64,000 bases of DNA, from NCBI GenBank assembly GCA_964016885.1, contig OZ024747.1:3162001-3226000 (forward strand), in the 5' to 3' direction. Every line of letters starts with the position of its first letter. The first letter of the stretch is position 1. Below are positions 26,507 to 38,816 of this stretch, piece after piece. This DNA is from Eledone cirrhosa. Its lineage: Eukaryota. The notes below the pieces were generated by a model. That model was not told the DNA's origin. It did not search any database and was given only the letters and a program-made list of their open reading frames with translations. A program made the translations under genes and the position numbers.

Positions 26507-27622
26507 AAATATATGTATATATATATATATGTATATATGTAAATGTATGTATATAAATATATGTATATATATATATAAATGTATGTATATAAATATATGT
26601 ATATATATATGTATATATGTAAATGTATGTATATAAATATATGTATATATGTATATATATATATATATATATAGATGTATATATATAAATATTCATACAC
26701 ACATATACATGTGTGTCTGTGTGTATAAGTATACACACAGACACACATATATATATATATGAAATCATTCAACAAACCTTTTGTGTATTGTGTTAGTCAC
26801 ATATATATATTCTAAAGGTGCACCATCTGGCATGACATGCCTCTGAAGAGAATACAGCTACTTATACATAAGTAATTATGACAGTAAGATACCTTTGTCA
26901 AGCAAGTATCTTTCTCTTTTCATGTAGTCTAAAGCAAGCCATAACGTATGCTTCAGCTATCATTAACATCTAATTAATTCCTTGATGAAGTATCACCAAG
27001 TGTGTTAAGGCATAAGTACAAGGAATATATAAGCATCCATCATTATTAGTAACTTTGCTTTTCATCCTTACGGGGTCGATAAAATAAAGTACCAGTAATG
27101 TACTGAGATAATTGCTGGCCTTGTGCCAAAAGTAGAAACAATTCTTAGTATCAGGTCTATGTGAGCTTCAGTATGGTGCATTAAAGCACAGGATTGTTCT
27201 TCAATGTTATTTTCATAATGGGCTAAGTCCTACATCAGTGAAGGAACATTGATATAAATCACTAACAATCAAAAGGTTTTCTCACCATTACTCTTTTTAG
27301 CTAATTTGTTTAATGGAAAGCTAGCAGTTATTTAGATGTTAGAAGTTCAGGCTTGTGGGGAGGTAGTATTTATTTTTGAGTGACAGCTGTATTTTCTATT
27401 CAAATTTATGAATGCAAAATTTTTAAATGTTTAAAGCTGAATTCAGTAGAATTAAATAGATTTATAATAATTATTTCTATTTAATGAAATCTAGGTAAGT
27501 ACCATTAATATTGGTTTTAGAATATTAATTTTCACTGCAATATGTATATTTTTACAACAAATGATGTGTGATGGCAGCTCCAACTAATGTTGAAATGAAT
27601 ATGGTTTATATTCACATGAAAG

Positions 27623-27814
27623 GGGCAGTGGATTGGCAGTATCGGTAGAGGGTCGGACACCATGCTTTGACGCATAGTGTTACGGCCCTTGCCATTCTAA
27701 GTTCAAATCCCGTCGAGGTTAACTTTGCCTTTCATCCTTACGGGGTTGATAAAATAAAGTACCAGTAATGTACTGGGTAATTGCTGGCCTTGTGCCAAAA
27801 GTAGAAACAATTAT
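27623..27814 (+). mobile_element. Second, abundant tRNA-like SINE family (representative copy)
   Basis: GGCAGTGGATTGGCAG...GTTCAAATCCCG.CGAGGTT.ACTTTGCCTTTCATCCTTACGGGGT.GATAAAATAAAGTACCAGT...TTGCTGGCCTTGTGCC. Other copies at ~195-341(+), 1011-1230(+), 7086-7273(-), 17055-17172(-), 17517-17720(+), 25085-25232(+), 25280-25358(-), 27050-27143(+), 27905-28120(-), 49375-49615(-, two pieces), 55060-55200(+). Confidence 0.85.
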
Positions 27815-28275
27815 ATTCACATGAAATTTGTAAGGAATATTAATAGTATAAAATATAAAAGTAGGTTTATATATTGTGACACTTGTTAAATGTACCTTAA
27901 ATATTGGTTTCTGATTTAGGGACAAGGTCAACAATTTTGGGGAAATTGAAAATCGATTAAATCAACCCCAGTTCATTACTGGTACTTTATTTTTTCAATT
28001 CCCATAAGGAGAAAAGGCAAATCTAAACTCGGTAGAATTGAAACTCAGATTGTAAAGTGCAGTAACTCTATGCCATAAATCATGTTGTCCACTGCTCCAC
28101 CAATGCTGCCAATCCAACACCTTAAATGTTAACAACAAAGATAGCATCATGAAGTAGAGTGTATATTGCTTATGTACAAAAAAAATAGAATAAAACCTTT
28201 AAGACTAAAAGACTCAAAGTATGAAAGTATAAAAAAGCCTAAAGCTTAAAGCAATGAAAAAAGGTTCACATGCTT

Positions 28276-28531
28276 AAACTGGTTCCCAACCTGTGGCCCG
28301 TGGATCCCTGGGATTCTGTAAATATTGTGCTAGAGATCTTTGCACTAAATTCGAAATTTAGTGTTAAAAATGTAATATAGAGAATCTGTAGAGTTTCTCT
28401 TTCTCTCTCATTTGTCTTACTCAGTTATTATTCTATATCAATATAGAAGAAGAGCAATTGTAGTAGGGGTACATGAGAAAATTCATTTAAATAAAAGGGG
28501 TCCTTAGGAATGAAAAGTTTTTGAATCACTG
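28276..28531. mobile_element. hAT (Charlie-like) MITE
   Basis: Ends ..CTGGTTCCCAACCT and AAGTTTTTGAATCACTG resemble CAGTGGTTCCCAA-type TIRs. Confidence 0.55.
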
Positions 28532-29122
28532 CTCTGATTTCACCCCCCCCCCCCCCCCCCCACAAAAAAGAAACATTCTACTATCTTGAACATTAGACCA
28601 ATGTTTGTATATATGCAGGACATCAATTCTAAATGTAGCACAAATGTTGTTCCATACTCTCTATGTTTGGAGATAACATATCCCTTTATATGCTGATGTA
28701 TCTACTTGAGAGCTGAAATTAAGGGCTTTAGTTGCATCATACATGTTGGTCCCTAATGGTTTATGCCTGATTGTGCATATATTTGAATTATTGATTCTGA
28801 AATTGGCATTGAATTATAATTAATTACTCATCAGGATATAAAATGTGAATATTTTAACGGCTTTCATATCTGGGAAGCAGAAAATTCCTTGCTTATAGAT
28901 TTTCTGTGCCATGGAATTTACTGGTTAAGTAACCAAATCAGATATTTACTTTGTTTAATGTCTTTAATTTTAGGTTTTCTGTTGAAATAAACTATGATTG
29001 TTTTATTAGCATTAATATTGTAATTATTTTTGCATCAAAATAGCAGATCAATAATTAATTAGATTTGATAAGATAAATATGATATCCTTCTTTAGAATCA
29101 GTGATCCAAATATGCCCAAACA

Positions 29123-30779
29123 TAGCTAAAAGTAAGCCATTCTACTTGGCATTTGTTGATCTCGAGAAAGCCTAAAAGTAACCCACTCTACCTGGCATTC
29201 GTCGATCTTGAGAAAGCCTAAAAGTAAGCCACTCTACCTGGCATTTGTCGATCTCAAGAAAGCCTTTGACAGAGTTCCACGTGCTATAATCTGGTGGGCT
29301 CTTAGAAAACTAGGAGTAGATGAATGGCTTGTGAAAGCTGTACAAGCCATGTATAGGGGAGCAATCAGCAAAGTTAGGATTAGCAATGAGTATAGCGAAG
29401 AATTTAGCGTACAGGTCGGTGTCCACCAGGGCTCTGTTCTTAGTCCTCTCCTGTTCATCATAGTCCTGCAGGAAATAACGGAGGAGTTTAAGACCGGATG
29501 CCCATGGGAACTCCTGTATGCAGATGACCTCGCACTTATAGCTGAATCTATGGTAGAACTAGAGAAGAAATTCCAAACTTGGAAGCAGGGACTAGAAAGA
29601 AAGGGTCTCAAAATCAACCTGACAAAGACTAAGGTCCTTGTAAGTAGAAGAGAAAACAGAACCCAGATCCCCTCAGGGAAATGGCCTTGCTCAGTATGTA
29701 GGAAATGTGTAGGTAGGAACTCCATTCTCTGCCACAAATGCAAACAATGGGTACACAAGAGATGTAGTGGGATCTCAGGAAGCTTAACTAAGAATGTAGG
29801 CTTCACATGTAGTAGCCATGCTGGGACAGCAAGCAGCAAATAGCCACAGGAAACAAGTACCACCAATCTCTGGGAGGGCTCGGTAGGAACAGTAGACAGC
29901 TTCTGCTACCTAGGTGACTGAATTAGCAGCGGAGGTGGGTGTTCGGAAAGTACAATAACTAGGGTAAGAACGGGATGGAAGAAGTTCAGGGAACTACTAC
30001 CACTGCTAGCTGCAAAAGGTTTTTTCCTCAAAATGAAAGGCAGACTGTATGATGCGTGTATACGAACAGCAATGTTACATGGTAGTGAGACCTGAGTGCT
30101 GTCTGTGGAAGACTTGTGTAGATTAGAAAGAAACGAAGCATGCATGCTCCGATGGATGTGTAACAGTAATATACGCAAATGGCAAAGCATAAATGAATTG
30201 AGAAAGAGACTAAGCATAAGAGGAATCAAATGCTGTGTGCAGCAGAGGCGGTTGCGTAGGTATGGACATGTGATGCGTATGAAGGATGACAGCTGCATAA
30301 AATGGTGCAGAGCACTAGAAGTCAATGGAAACCGTGGAGTGGGGAGACCCAAGAAGACCTGGGATGAGGTGATAAAAGCTGACCTTACCCAATTACACCT
30401 CTCAAAGGCGATGACACACGACCGTGACCTCTGGCATCACACAGTAATACAGAAGACCCCCCCCCCATGGATACAAGCTGAAGCATATAGACAATATGCC
30501 CCACACCCTCCCACTGCAAAGTGGTCGTGGAGGTGCCACAGCAAAAAAGCACCCAGCCCACACTGTAAAGTGGACGTGTAGGTGCCACAGAAAAGAAGAC
30601 ACCCCGCACTCACTGTAAATGAGGTTGGTGTTAGGAAGGGCATCAAGCTGTAGAAATCAAGCCAGAATCAGTTCCTATATGAGCAAGACAAGGTCAGCCG
30701 ACCGGACACTGCCCACAACAGGACAAACTGTCTAACCCATGCTAGCGTGGAAGAACAGACGTAAAACGGTGATGATGAT
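29123..30779 (+). mobile_element. 5'-truncated, decayed RTE LINE, subfamily B
   Basis: RT motifs FVDLKKAFD, HQGSVLSP, YADD, C4HC3 region; in-frame stops (e.g. 29841, ~30093); 3' UTR and (GAT)n tail. Confidence 0.92.
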
Positions 30780-31299
30780 AGATATTAAATATAAGCTGAC
30801 CCTTATTTTATGTCTGAGAAATAAGCAAAAATCCAAACCCTGTTTATAAGCTGGTGGTACAGTTTTCAAATTCTCACAAGTGGAGAATATATTTATGAAG
30901 TTTTAAGATTTTGATATCTAAAAGGTATTAAGAATCATTTAAAGTTTAGTTCTAGTTTACAACTCAATTATATAAACATTTTTTACCCTTTTCCAACCGT
31001 TTTGAAAGCTGTATCCATTTAAAACATCAAAAACAATAGGAAATATGAATTTCATGTTGAAAGTGAAACCAGTTTAATATTTACCTGCAAAGCATAAATA
31101 TTTTAACACTTCATCTATGTGAAATTTTGAAGTTGATGAAAAGCGACAAAATATTGACCTTGAATATAAGCCAATCTCTCATTTTAGCCCCAATTGTTTT
31201 GTCACATATTTATCTGCTTATATATGACTATATACTACTGGGTTTCTTGATTTTAATGCATGTAGATTCATCAGTATATAAAGCAGTATGCAGTATCTC

Positions 31300-31935
31300 C
31301 AAAACTACAAATGAGAGGACAAAACTGATGATATATTTGGTATTGGAGCTTCAGATATACCCAAGAATAGGTCTAATTGTTTAAGTAGCAAATTGTGTGT
31401 TGCAGAGTGTGTTGAACTGAAAAAGCTCAAAATTCAGAAGTGTATCTTTAATGATAAACATTAAACATGGGTATGGTCAAAACTAAGATATTAATTAGTT
31501 GGAGTTACAAAAACTGGACAGCATTGTGGAAATAGATTTGTTCAATGGGCAGGAAGAGTTGGCAAGGATTTCAAACTGTTTTAGTCAGTTAAAAACAAAA
31601 AGTGGTATTGGCACCTGTAGCAGAAAGTATGAACTGCTTACTGGAAGTAGGTTTCGATACCTAAATGACATTATCAATGTTGGAAACAACTGATAACATA
31701 ATGGATAGGGTTTTAAAATGTTGTTGGACATTAGTAGAGCATCTGTTGACTAGAAAGGCGTTCTAACTATAAATGACAGATGATAGAAGATGATGTATAG
31801 CAGTGAAATATGATCAATTACTAGACTGATAGGAGAAGCACAGGAATAGCAAATATAAAAGACTGTGAAGAGGAGAAGATTGCATTAGCATGGACCTGAA
31901 ATGTAAATTGATGAAACATGCTGGGTGAAAAAACA
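31300..31935 (+). mobile_element. Highly decayed RTE fragment
   Basis: SRFRYLNDIINVG resembles NSFRYLGDKISSG; downstream RRRLH*HG-like segment; many stops and indels. Confidence 0.5.
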
Positions 31936-32453
31936 AACAAAACATCAGCAGATATTTAACCCTATATAAGCCCTGGTTGAGTTAACCTGTGTGAAAGACA
32001 TTCCAACCATGGCTATTCTGACATTTGTTTTTCAAACACAGCGTGTTTAGCACCACATTATTCAGTGTGTCTGTAAAGTGTGAGTTGGAAGATAATTAGT
32101 GGCTATTTCTAGCAGGTCAATACTTTATATAGATGATCCTTCATTGATTTGAAGAAAAAAAACAAAAAAAACATTTAGTTGATGTTGGAAATTAATGATA
32201 GTAAAAATAGATAAATACAGGCAAAGAAATGGTTAAATCAGACATTTTAACTTGGAACTTTACACAACAGAAGATGGTACATAAAGCCCTGGATTTGTAG
32301 ATCATTAAATACTTGCATTAAATAATGGACATTACAACAAACATCAATGATGACACACACATATACACAGTGGAACTGCTTCAGTACTGACCTTGGTTTA
32401 TATAGACCCATCTAAATTTAACTCTGAGTGTACCTGTTACTCAAAGAGCCAGC

Positions 32454-32682
32454 TTAACCCTTTTGCATTTACATTATTCTATATTTACAATTGTTTTTTC
32501 ATGGTAAAGGCTTTACCTCCTGTAATTATCTCACATAATATTGATACTATGAGATTTTGATATTATTAATTTTGAGAAAAATACCTTAAAGTCAGTATGA
32601 GTGGCTGGTTATAGCCCGTTTTAATAGAAAGAGGTGAGAGAATTCTGGCCGGATACAGCTGGATTAAATGTTAAAGGGTTAA
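32454..32682. mobile_element. piggyBac-like MITE nested in a SINE
   Basis: TTAA-CCCTTTTGCATTTA ... TAAATGTTAAAGGG-TTAA (TIR plus TTAA target duplication); host SINE sequence resumes on both sides. Confidence 0.85.
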
Positions 32683-33183
32683 GTCATGTCACATTGAATT
32701 TCTCTGTGAGTTATGTTAAAGGTTCAGATGTCTGTGTAATACTTAGCTACTTCTATGTTAACTTAATGAATAGACCATTCTATTCACCAAACTATACATG
32801 CACCTTTGATGAGTTGTAGTGCGGCTGAGCACTGTACACAATAATTTCATTGTCATTATAAACAGATAGAAAACACTCACAGTATAAACTGATACAGGTA
32901 GATTTACTTCATGCATTTACAAAAGTGTTTTATTGTATCTGTATACTTCGTTATTAGTGGGGAGTTTTTTGTTTTATTGTGGCTCTTCTTTTTGTTTGAT
33001 GAAGTGGTTCTTTGGTGGTCAGTTGAACAGTTTTGGGTGTCAAATTTTCATCATATTTTTACTGGTTAGTTTTTAATTAGTGCCTTTCAATTGTTGATAG
33101 CTATATTTCTGGTTCAGACAGGTTTTAGTGATACTAAGTTCAGACTCAGTTTTATATATATATATATATATATTCATATATGA

Positions 33184-33226
<43 letters not shown>

Positions 33227-33381
33227 TATATGAGTATATATATATATATATTCATATATGAGTATATATATATATATATTCATATATGAGTATATATATA
33301 TATATATTCATATATGAGTATATATATATATATTCATATATGAGTATATATATATATATATATATATATATTCATATATGA

Positions 33382-33418
<37 letters not shown>

Positions 33419-33444
33419 TATATGAGTATATATATAAATATATA

Positions 33445-36400
33445 TCATCATCATCATCATCATCAACGTTTAACGTCCGTGTTCCACGCTTGCATGGGTT
33501 TGGACGGGGGTAGTCCCACTTGAGGCAAGAGTGATTGTCTTGCTCGCATAGGACTGTCTGGCAGGTTTTCTACAGTTGGATGCCCTTCCTAACACCAACC
33601 ACATTTACAGTGTGGGTCTGGGAGGTTTTTACCGTGTTGCCTACACGGCCACATTACAGCGTGGACTGTGTGTTTTTTTGTCGTGACACCTACACGATCT
33701 CATTTGTTTCGGCCTCGATGGCGCGGCACCAACATAACTTTACATAGAACGGGGTGGTGTGGATGGGGTGGTGGTGGTGGGACGGGGTGTATTTTGTTAG
33801 AGATGCCTACTGGCTGGAGTAGGTTTTACTATATATTTAGGTAAGGCGGGTCTTCTCTGTTACTGAGTACCGCCAAAGGTCTCGGTCCAGTGACATTGTC
33901 TTGGAGAGGTGTAAGTGTGTGAGGTCGGAGTTTATCAGCTCATCCCATGTTTTTCTAGGTCTGCCTATTCCGTGGCTACCGTCTATCTTTATTGCCCTGC
34001 ACTTTGTTATACAGCTATCGACTTTCATGCGCATCACGTGTCCATACCAACGCAGCCTTCTCTCGAGTAAACAACATCTGATCCCTCTTATCTCTAATTT
34101 TTTCCTTAGTTCGTTTATGCTTTGCCGTTCACGTATATTACTGTTACACATCCAGCGGAGCATGCAAGCTTCGTTCCTCTCTAGTCTGCGTATATCCTCT
34201 GCACACAATGCCCAGGTCTCACTACCATGCAACATTGCTGTTCGTATGCAGGCATCGTACAACCTGCCTTTCATTTTTAGGGAGAACCTTTTAGCAGCTA
34301 ATAGTGGTATAAGCTCTCTGAACTTTTTCCAACCAGTTCTGACTCTAGCTACAGTACTTTCAGAGCACCCTCCCCCACTGCTGATTTTATCGCCCAGGTA
34401 ACGGAAGCTGTTCACTATTTCTATAGAACCCTCTGCGCAATTGAAAGAGCTAGTATTTTGTGGGCACTTGCTGCTACTTATTGCACCAGAACACCGGCCA
34501 CATGTAAAATCTATGTTCTTAGTTAGCTTACCTGTGATCCCACTACATCTTTTATGCACCCATACTTTGCATTTAGGACATAAAATGGAGTTTCTACCTA
34601 CGCCTTTCCTACACACCGAGCACGACCATTTCCCAGAAGGGACCGCCGCCTTGTTTTCTTTCCTACAAACTAGAACTTTGGTCTTAGCCAGGTTAATTTT
34701 AAGTCCTTTTGACTCTAGGCTGTGCTTCCATGTTTGGAATTTCTTCTCTAGCTCGGCCATTGATTCCGCTATGAGTGTCAGGTCGTCTGCGTATAGGAGT
34801 TCCCATGGGCAGCCTGTCTTGAACTCCTCTGTTATAGCCTGAAGGGCAATAATAAATAGTAGGGGGCTGAGAACAGAGCCCTGATGGACGCCAACTTTTA
34901 CGCTAAACTCTTCACTATATTCGTTGTTAATTCTAACCTTGCTGACTGTTTCTTTATACATGGCTTGTATAGCCCTCACAAGCCATTCGTCAACGCCTAG
35001 TTTTCTAAGAGCCCACCAGATAATGGAGCGGGGGACTCTGTCGAAGGCTTTCTCCAGGTCGACAAAAGCTAAGTAGAGGGGTCTACCTTTAGCTAGGTAC
35101 TTCTCCTGTAGTTGTCGTACTATGAAAAGGGCGTCTGTGGTGCTTTTGCCTGACACAAAACCGAACTGCATTTCATCTAGGTCAATTCTCTCTCTGATTA
35201 GTTGCGCTATTACTTTTTCCGTGACCTTCATGACCTGGTCGATTAATTTAATGCCTCTATAGTTACTCCTATCTAGGGCGTCTCCTTTACCCTTATAACA
35301 GTTAACGATGATGCTGCTATGCCAGTCCTTCGGAACAACCCCATTCTGTACGACTTGGTTAACTATGCGGGTGACCATGGGGTGTCCCACCATGCCAGAT
35401 GCCTTCAGCATCTCAGCAACTATTTCCGAAGGCCCAGCCGCCTTACCCGTCTTCATATCCTTGATTGCCTTACTTATTATACTCCCCTCGACTAACACTG
35501 CTGGTCCCTCTATCGGGTCGATATGGGGGAGACTGTCTTTCTCCCATTTATTCTCCTCATTTAGTAGCCTTTCATAGTGACACTTCCAAGCTACCTTCTT
35601 ATCAGTGTCGGTGATGGCAAGTATGCCATCATCGTTAAGTACACACTTCTCCCCGACAATATCACGGTTTTCCTTGACGCATTGCCTGGCAATCCTGAAC
35701 ACCTCACGTTTTTGGTCATCGCGTTGTAGAACATGCTTGAACTTTCTTTCCTCAGCTTCCCTTCTTGCTAAGTACACTTCTCTCCTAGCTTCCCTCCTGG
35801 CCACTTGATAGTCTACTCTACTTCCCCCATCCCGCCATACTTTCCAAGCCTGCTTTTTGGCCTTAATTGACCCGTCCACCCTACTGTTCCACCACCAAGT
35901 TACTCTCCTCCTGCCTACAGGCCTGCTCCAGCCACAGACTTCGTCTGTCGCCAACAGCAGGTTTGCTTTCAGAAATTCCCACTGTCCCTCTATATTGTCC
36001 GATTCTAGATGCTCTTCCTTACTGTCGAAAGCATCAAGTAATATGCTTTGAAATTTATTTCTGGCTGTGGGGTCCTTTAGTTTCCATATTTTCCTCCTGA
36101 GGATAGTCCTCTTCTGCTGTCGAGTACGTCTCGTCCTGACTATGAGGTCGCTAATTATCAGTCTATGTTGGGAGGTGCATTCTTCATGGGGGAGGGATTT
36201 AGTGTTTACAACAGACACTCTGTCACGTCTTCTGGTAAGGATATAATCTACCTGGCTTGTGTGTTCCCCTGATCTATAGGTGATCAGGTGATTGTCACGT
36301 TTTTTGAAGTTAGTGTTACAGATAGTTAGGTTATTTGCATCACAGAATTCCAGGATTCTGGAGCCTCCCTCATTTCTAGTACCAAACCCATAGCCTCCAT

Positions 36401-36985
36401 GGATTTCGTCGTAGCCGTCACAATGTTGTCCAACGTGACCATTTAGGTCGCCTGCAATAATTATATAGTCACTGTCAGATATTTGGGAGGTAGTTAGCAA
36501 CAGTGTCTCATAGAATCTGTCTTTTATAGTGCCGGGCAGTCCGGATTGGGGTGCGTACGCAGATATTACTGTCACCGTAGTTTTATTGAGGAGAAGTCTT
36601 ATTTTAATTATTCTGTCGTTCACTCTATTTACGTCTATTATCTTATCTGCCCACTTTTCTGCTACCATGATTCCTACTCCACCCAGCCCATCGTCGTTTC
36701 CCACCCAGAAAAGCTTATAACATCGTTTTTTACCCTCAATGAATCTAGCAGACCCACCCCTCCACCTGGTCTCTTGAATGCAACAAACATCGACCTCCTT
36801 ACGTTCAAGCATTTCTACAACCTCGTTAGCGCGACCCTTTAGGGTGCCCACATTTATGGTACCAACTCTGAAGTTTTGGGTTGCGTTTGGAGGGTGGGGG
36901 TGGTGGGGGGCGGGGGGAGATAGGGTTACGTTAGCCATCCGCGGACGAAACAAAGAGGAGTGCTCGCATTCTCGTCCACGAGGTG
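33445..36985 (-). mobile_element. Near full-length RTE LINE (subfamily 'C'), ~390 bp 3' UTR and (GAT)n tail, in a (TA)n tract
   Basis: Intact ORF; 3' UTR 33445-33836 ends ...CGGACGTTAAACG-TT-(GAT)n; both flanks are TA microsatellite. The frame stays open upstream of the ATG to the flank, so the true 5' UTR is probably lost. Confidence 0.92.
33837..36938 (-). CDS. RTE-clade LINE polyprotein: AP endonuclease + reverse transcriptase + PHD-like Zn finger (intact, ~1033 aa from first ATG)
   Basis: Uninterrupted ORF (track starts at TTG 36953; first ATG 36938). APE motifs GTINVGTL, CIQETRW, SAYAPQ, AGDLNGH, QVDYIL, SQHRL; RT motifs YRGIKL, QFGF, FVDLEKAFD, GVHQGSVLSP, YADD; RTE-type C-terminus LHGSETW...[11 protein letters not shown]...GRPRKTW. 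Confidence 0.95.
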   Translation of the reverse strand: MANVTLSPPAPHHPHPPNATQNFRVGTINVGTLKGRANEVVEMLERKEVDVCCIQETRWRGGSARFIEGKKRCYKLFWVGNDDGLGGVGIMVAEKWADKIIDVNRVNDRIIKIRLLLNKTTVTVISAYAPQSGLPGTIKDRFYETLLLTTSQISDSDYIIIAGDLNGHVGQHCDGYDEIHGGYGFGTRNEGGSRILEFCDANNLTICNTNFKKRDNHLITYRSGEHTSQVDYILTRRRDRVSVVNTKSLPHEECTSQHRLIISDLIVRTRRTRQQKRTILRRKIWKLKDPTARNKFQSILLDAFDSKEEHLESDNIEGQWEFLKANLLLATDEVCGWSRPVGRRRVTWWWNSRVDGSIKAKKQAWKVWRDGGSRVDYQVARREARREVYLARREAEERKFKHVLQRDDQKREVFRIARQCVKENRDIVGEKCVLNDDGILAITDTDKKVAWKCHYERLLNEENKWEKDSLPHIDPIEGPAVLVEGSIISKAIKDMKTGKAAGPSEIVAEMLKASGMVGHPMVTRIVNQVVQNGVVPKDWHSSIIVNCYKGKGDALDRSNYRGIKLIDQVMKVTEKVIAQLIRERIDLDEMQFGFVSGKSTTDALFIVRQLQEKYLAKGRPLYLAFVDLEKAFDRVPRSIIWWALRKLGVDEWLVRAIQAMYKETVSKVRINNEYSEEFSVKVGVHQGSVLSPLLFIIALQAITEEFKTGCPWELLYADDLTLIAESMAELEKKFQTWKHSLESKGLKINLAKTKVLVCRKENKAAVPSGKWSCSVCRKGVGRNSILCPKCKVWVHKRCSGITGKLTKNIDFTCGRCSGAISSSKCPQNTSSFNCAEGSIEIVNSFRYLGDKISSGGGCSESTVARVRTGWKKFRELIPLLAAKRFSLKMKGRLYDACIRTAMLHGSETWALCAEDIRRLERNEACMLRWMCNSNIRERQSINELRKKLEIRGIRCCLLERRLRWYGHVMRMKVDSCITKCRAIKIDGSHGIGRPRKTWDELINSDLTHLHLSKTMSLDRDLWRYSVTEKTRLT

Positions 36986-37123
36986 ATATATATATATATA
37001 TATATGAATATATATTTATATATATATATATGAATATATATTTATATATATATATATGAATATATATTTATATATATATATATGAATATATATTTATATA
37101 TATATATATATATATGAATATAT

Positions 37124-37581
37124 CTCACACACTTACACATCTCCAAGACAATGTCACTGGACCGAGACCTTTGGCGGTACTCAGTAACAGAGAAGACCCG
37201 CCTTGCCAGTAGGCATCTCTAACAAAATACACCCCGTCCCGCCCCAACCCCCACCCCATCCACACCACCCCGTTCTATGTAAAGTTATGTTGGTGCCGCG
37301 CCATCCAGGCCGAAACAAATGAGATCGTGTAGGTGTCACGACAAAAAAACACACCGTCCACGCTGTAATGTGGCCGTGTAGGCAACATGGTAAAAACCGC
37401 CCAGACCCACACTGTAAATGTGGTTGGTGTTAGGAAGGGCATCCAACTGTAGAAAACCTGCCAGACAGTCCTATGCGAGCAAGACAATCACTCTTGCCTC
37501 AAGTGGGACTACCCCCGTCCAAACCCATGCAAGCGTGGAACACGGACGTTAAACGTTGATGATGATGATGATGATGATGAT
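37124..37581 (+). mobile_element. 5'-truncated RTE subfamily C 3' end, inverted relative to the adjacent long copy
   Basis: Reverse complement of ~33445-33925 (LTHLHISKTMSLDRDLWRYSVTEKTRL + 3' UTR + (GAT)n), with a small deletion near the stop codon. Confidence 0.9.
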
Positions 37582-37590
37582 ATATATATA

Positions 37591-37626
<36 letters not shown>

Positions 37627-37646
37627 TATATATATATATATGAACA

Positions 37647-37682
<36 letters not shown>

Positions 37683-37696
37683 TATATATATATATA

Positions 37697-37732
<36 letters not shown>

Positions 37733-37764
37733 TATATATATATATGAATATATATATATATATA

Positions 37765-37798
<34 letters not shown>

Positions 37799-37902
37799 TA
37801 TATATATATATATATATATATGAATATATATATATATGAATATATATATATATATATATATATATGTGAATATATATATATATGAATATATATATATATA
37901 TA

Positions 37903-37938
<36 letters not shown>

Positions 37939-37981
37939 TATATATATATATATATATGAATATATATATATATATATATGA

Positions 37982-38016
<35 letters not shown>

Positions 38017-38032
38017 TGAATATATATATATA

Positions 38033-38078
<46 letters not shown>

Positions 38079-38458
38079 TATATATATAATATATATATAT
38101 ATATGAATATATATATATATATGAATATATATATATATATGAATATATATGAATATATATATATATATATGAATATATATTAAATTGAAGTGAAAGCAAC
38201 TGGTGCGTGTGTTTCTTATTGGCAACATGGCCCTCCCAAAGTATAACCATATATATATATATATATTCATATATATATATTCATATATATATATATATAT
38301 TCATATATATATATATATATTCATATATATATATTCATATATATATATATGAATATATATATATATATATGAATATATATATATGAATATATATATATAT
38401 ATATGAATATATATATATATATATGAATATATATATATGAATATATATATATATATAT

Positions 38459-38764
38459 GGTTATACTTTGGGAGGGCCATGTTGCCAATAAGAAACACAC
38501 GCACCAGTTGCTTTCACTTCAATTTAATTTATTTTATTAAATATTTATAAATTTACAAATTTATAAATTTCTGGTTGGTTGGTTGGTTCCACAACCAGAT
38601 AGTTGTTTATATATATATATAGTCATAGTTCTTTCGTCACACACTCTGTGACCTCTTCAGTGACTGGGGATTTCTTTCTTCGTTTCTGTGCCTTTCTTTT
38701 CTTCTATCCTACGCCAGAATTAGCCGTCGAAACGGCTTGAGCTCAGCTGTCGGGGTCTTACTGG

Positions 38765-38768
<4 letters not shown>
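38459..38768 (-). mobile_element. Short hammerhead-carrying repeat (Penelope-like/retrozyme-like)
   Basis: Homologous to 50897-51158(+); 3' end fragments at 38181-38249(+) and 20933-21010(-); all end at CCCAAAGTATAAC. Confidence 0.8.
38621..38665 (-). ncRNA. Type I minimal hammerhead ribozyme
   Basis: AGUCA-CUGAAGA-G-GUCACA GAGUG UGUGAC-GAAA-GAAC-UA-UGACU; perfect stems I and II, one extra G after the core. Confidence 0.78.

Positions 38769-38816
<48 letters not shown>

Noticed and set aside
33901-37059. Plus-strand ORFs overlapping the RTE
   Set aside because: Antisense shadows of the RTE ORF; they recur in other copies only because the sense frame is conserved.
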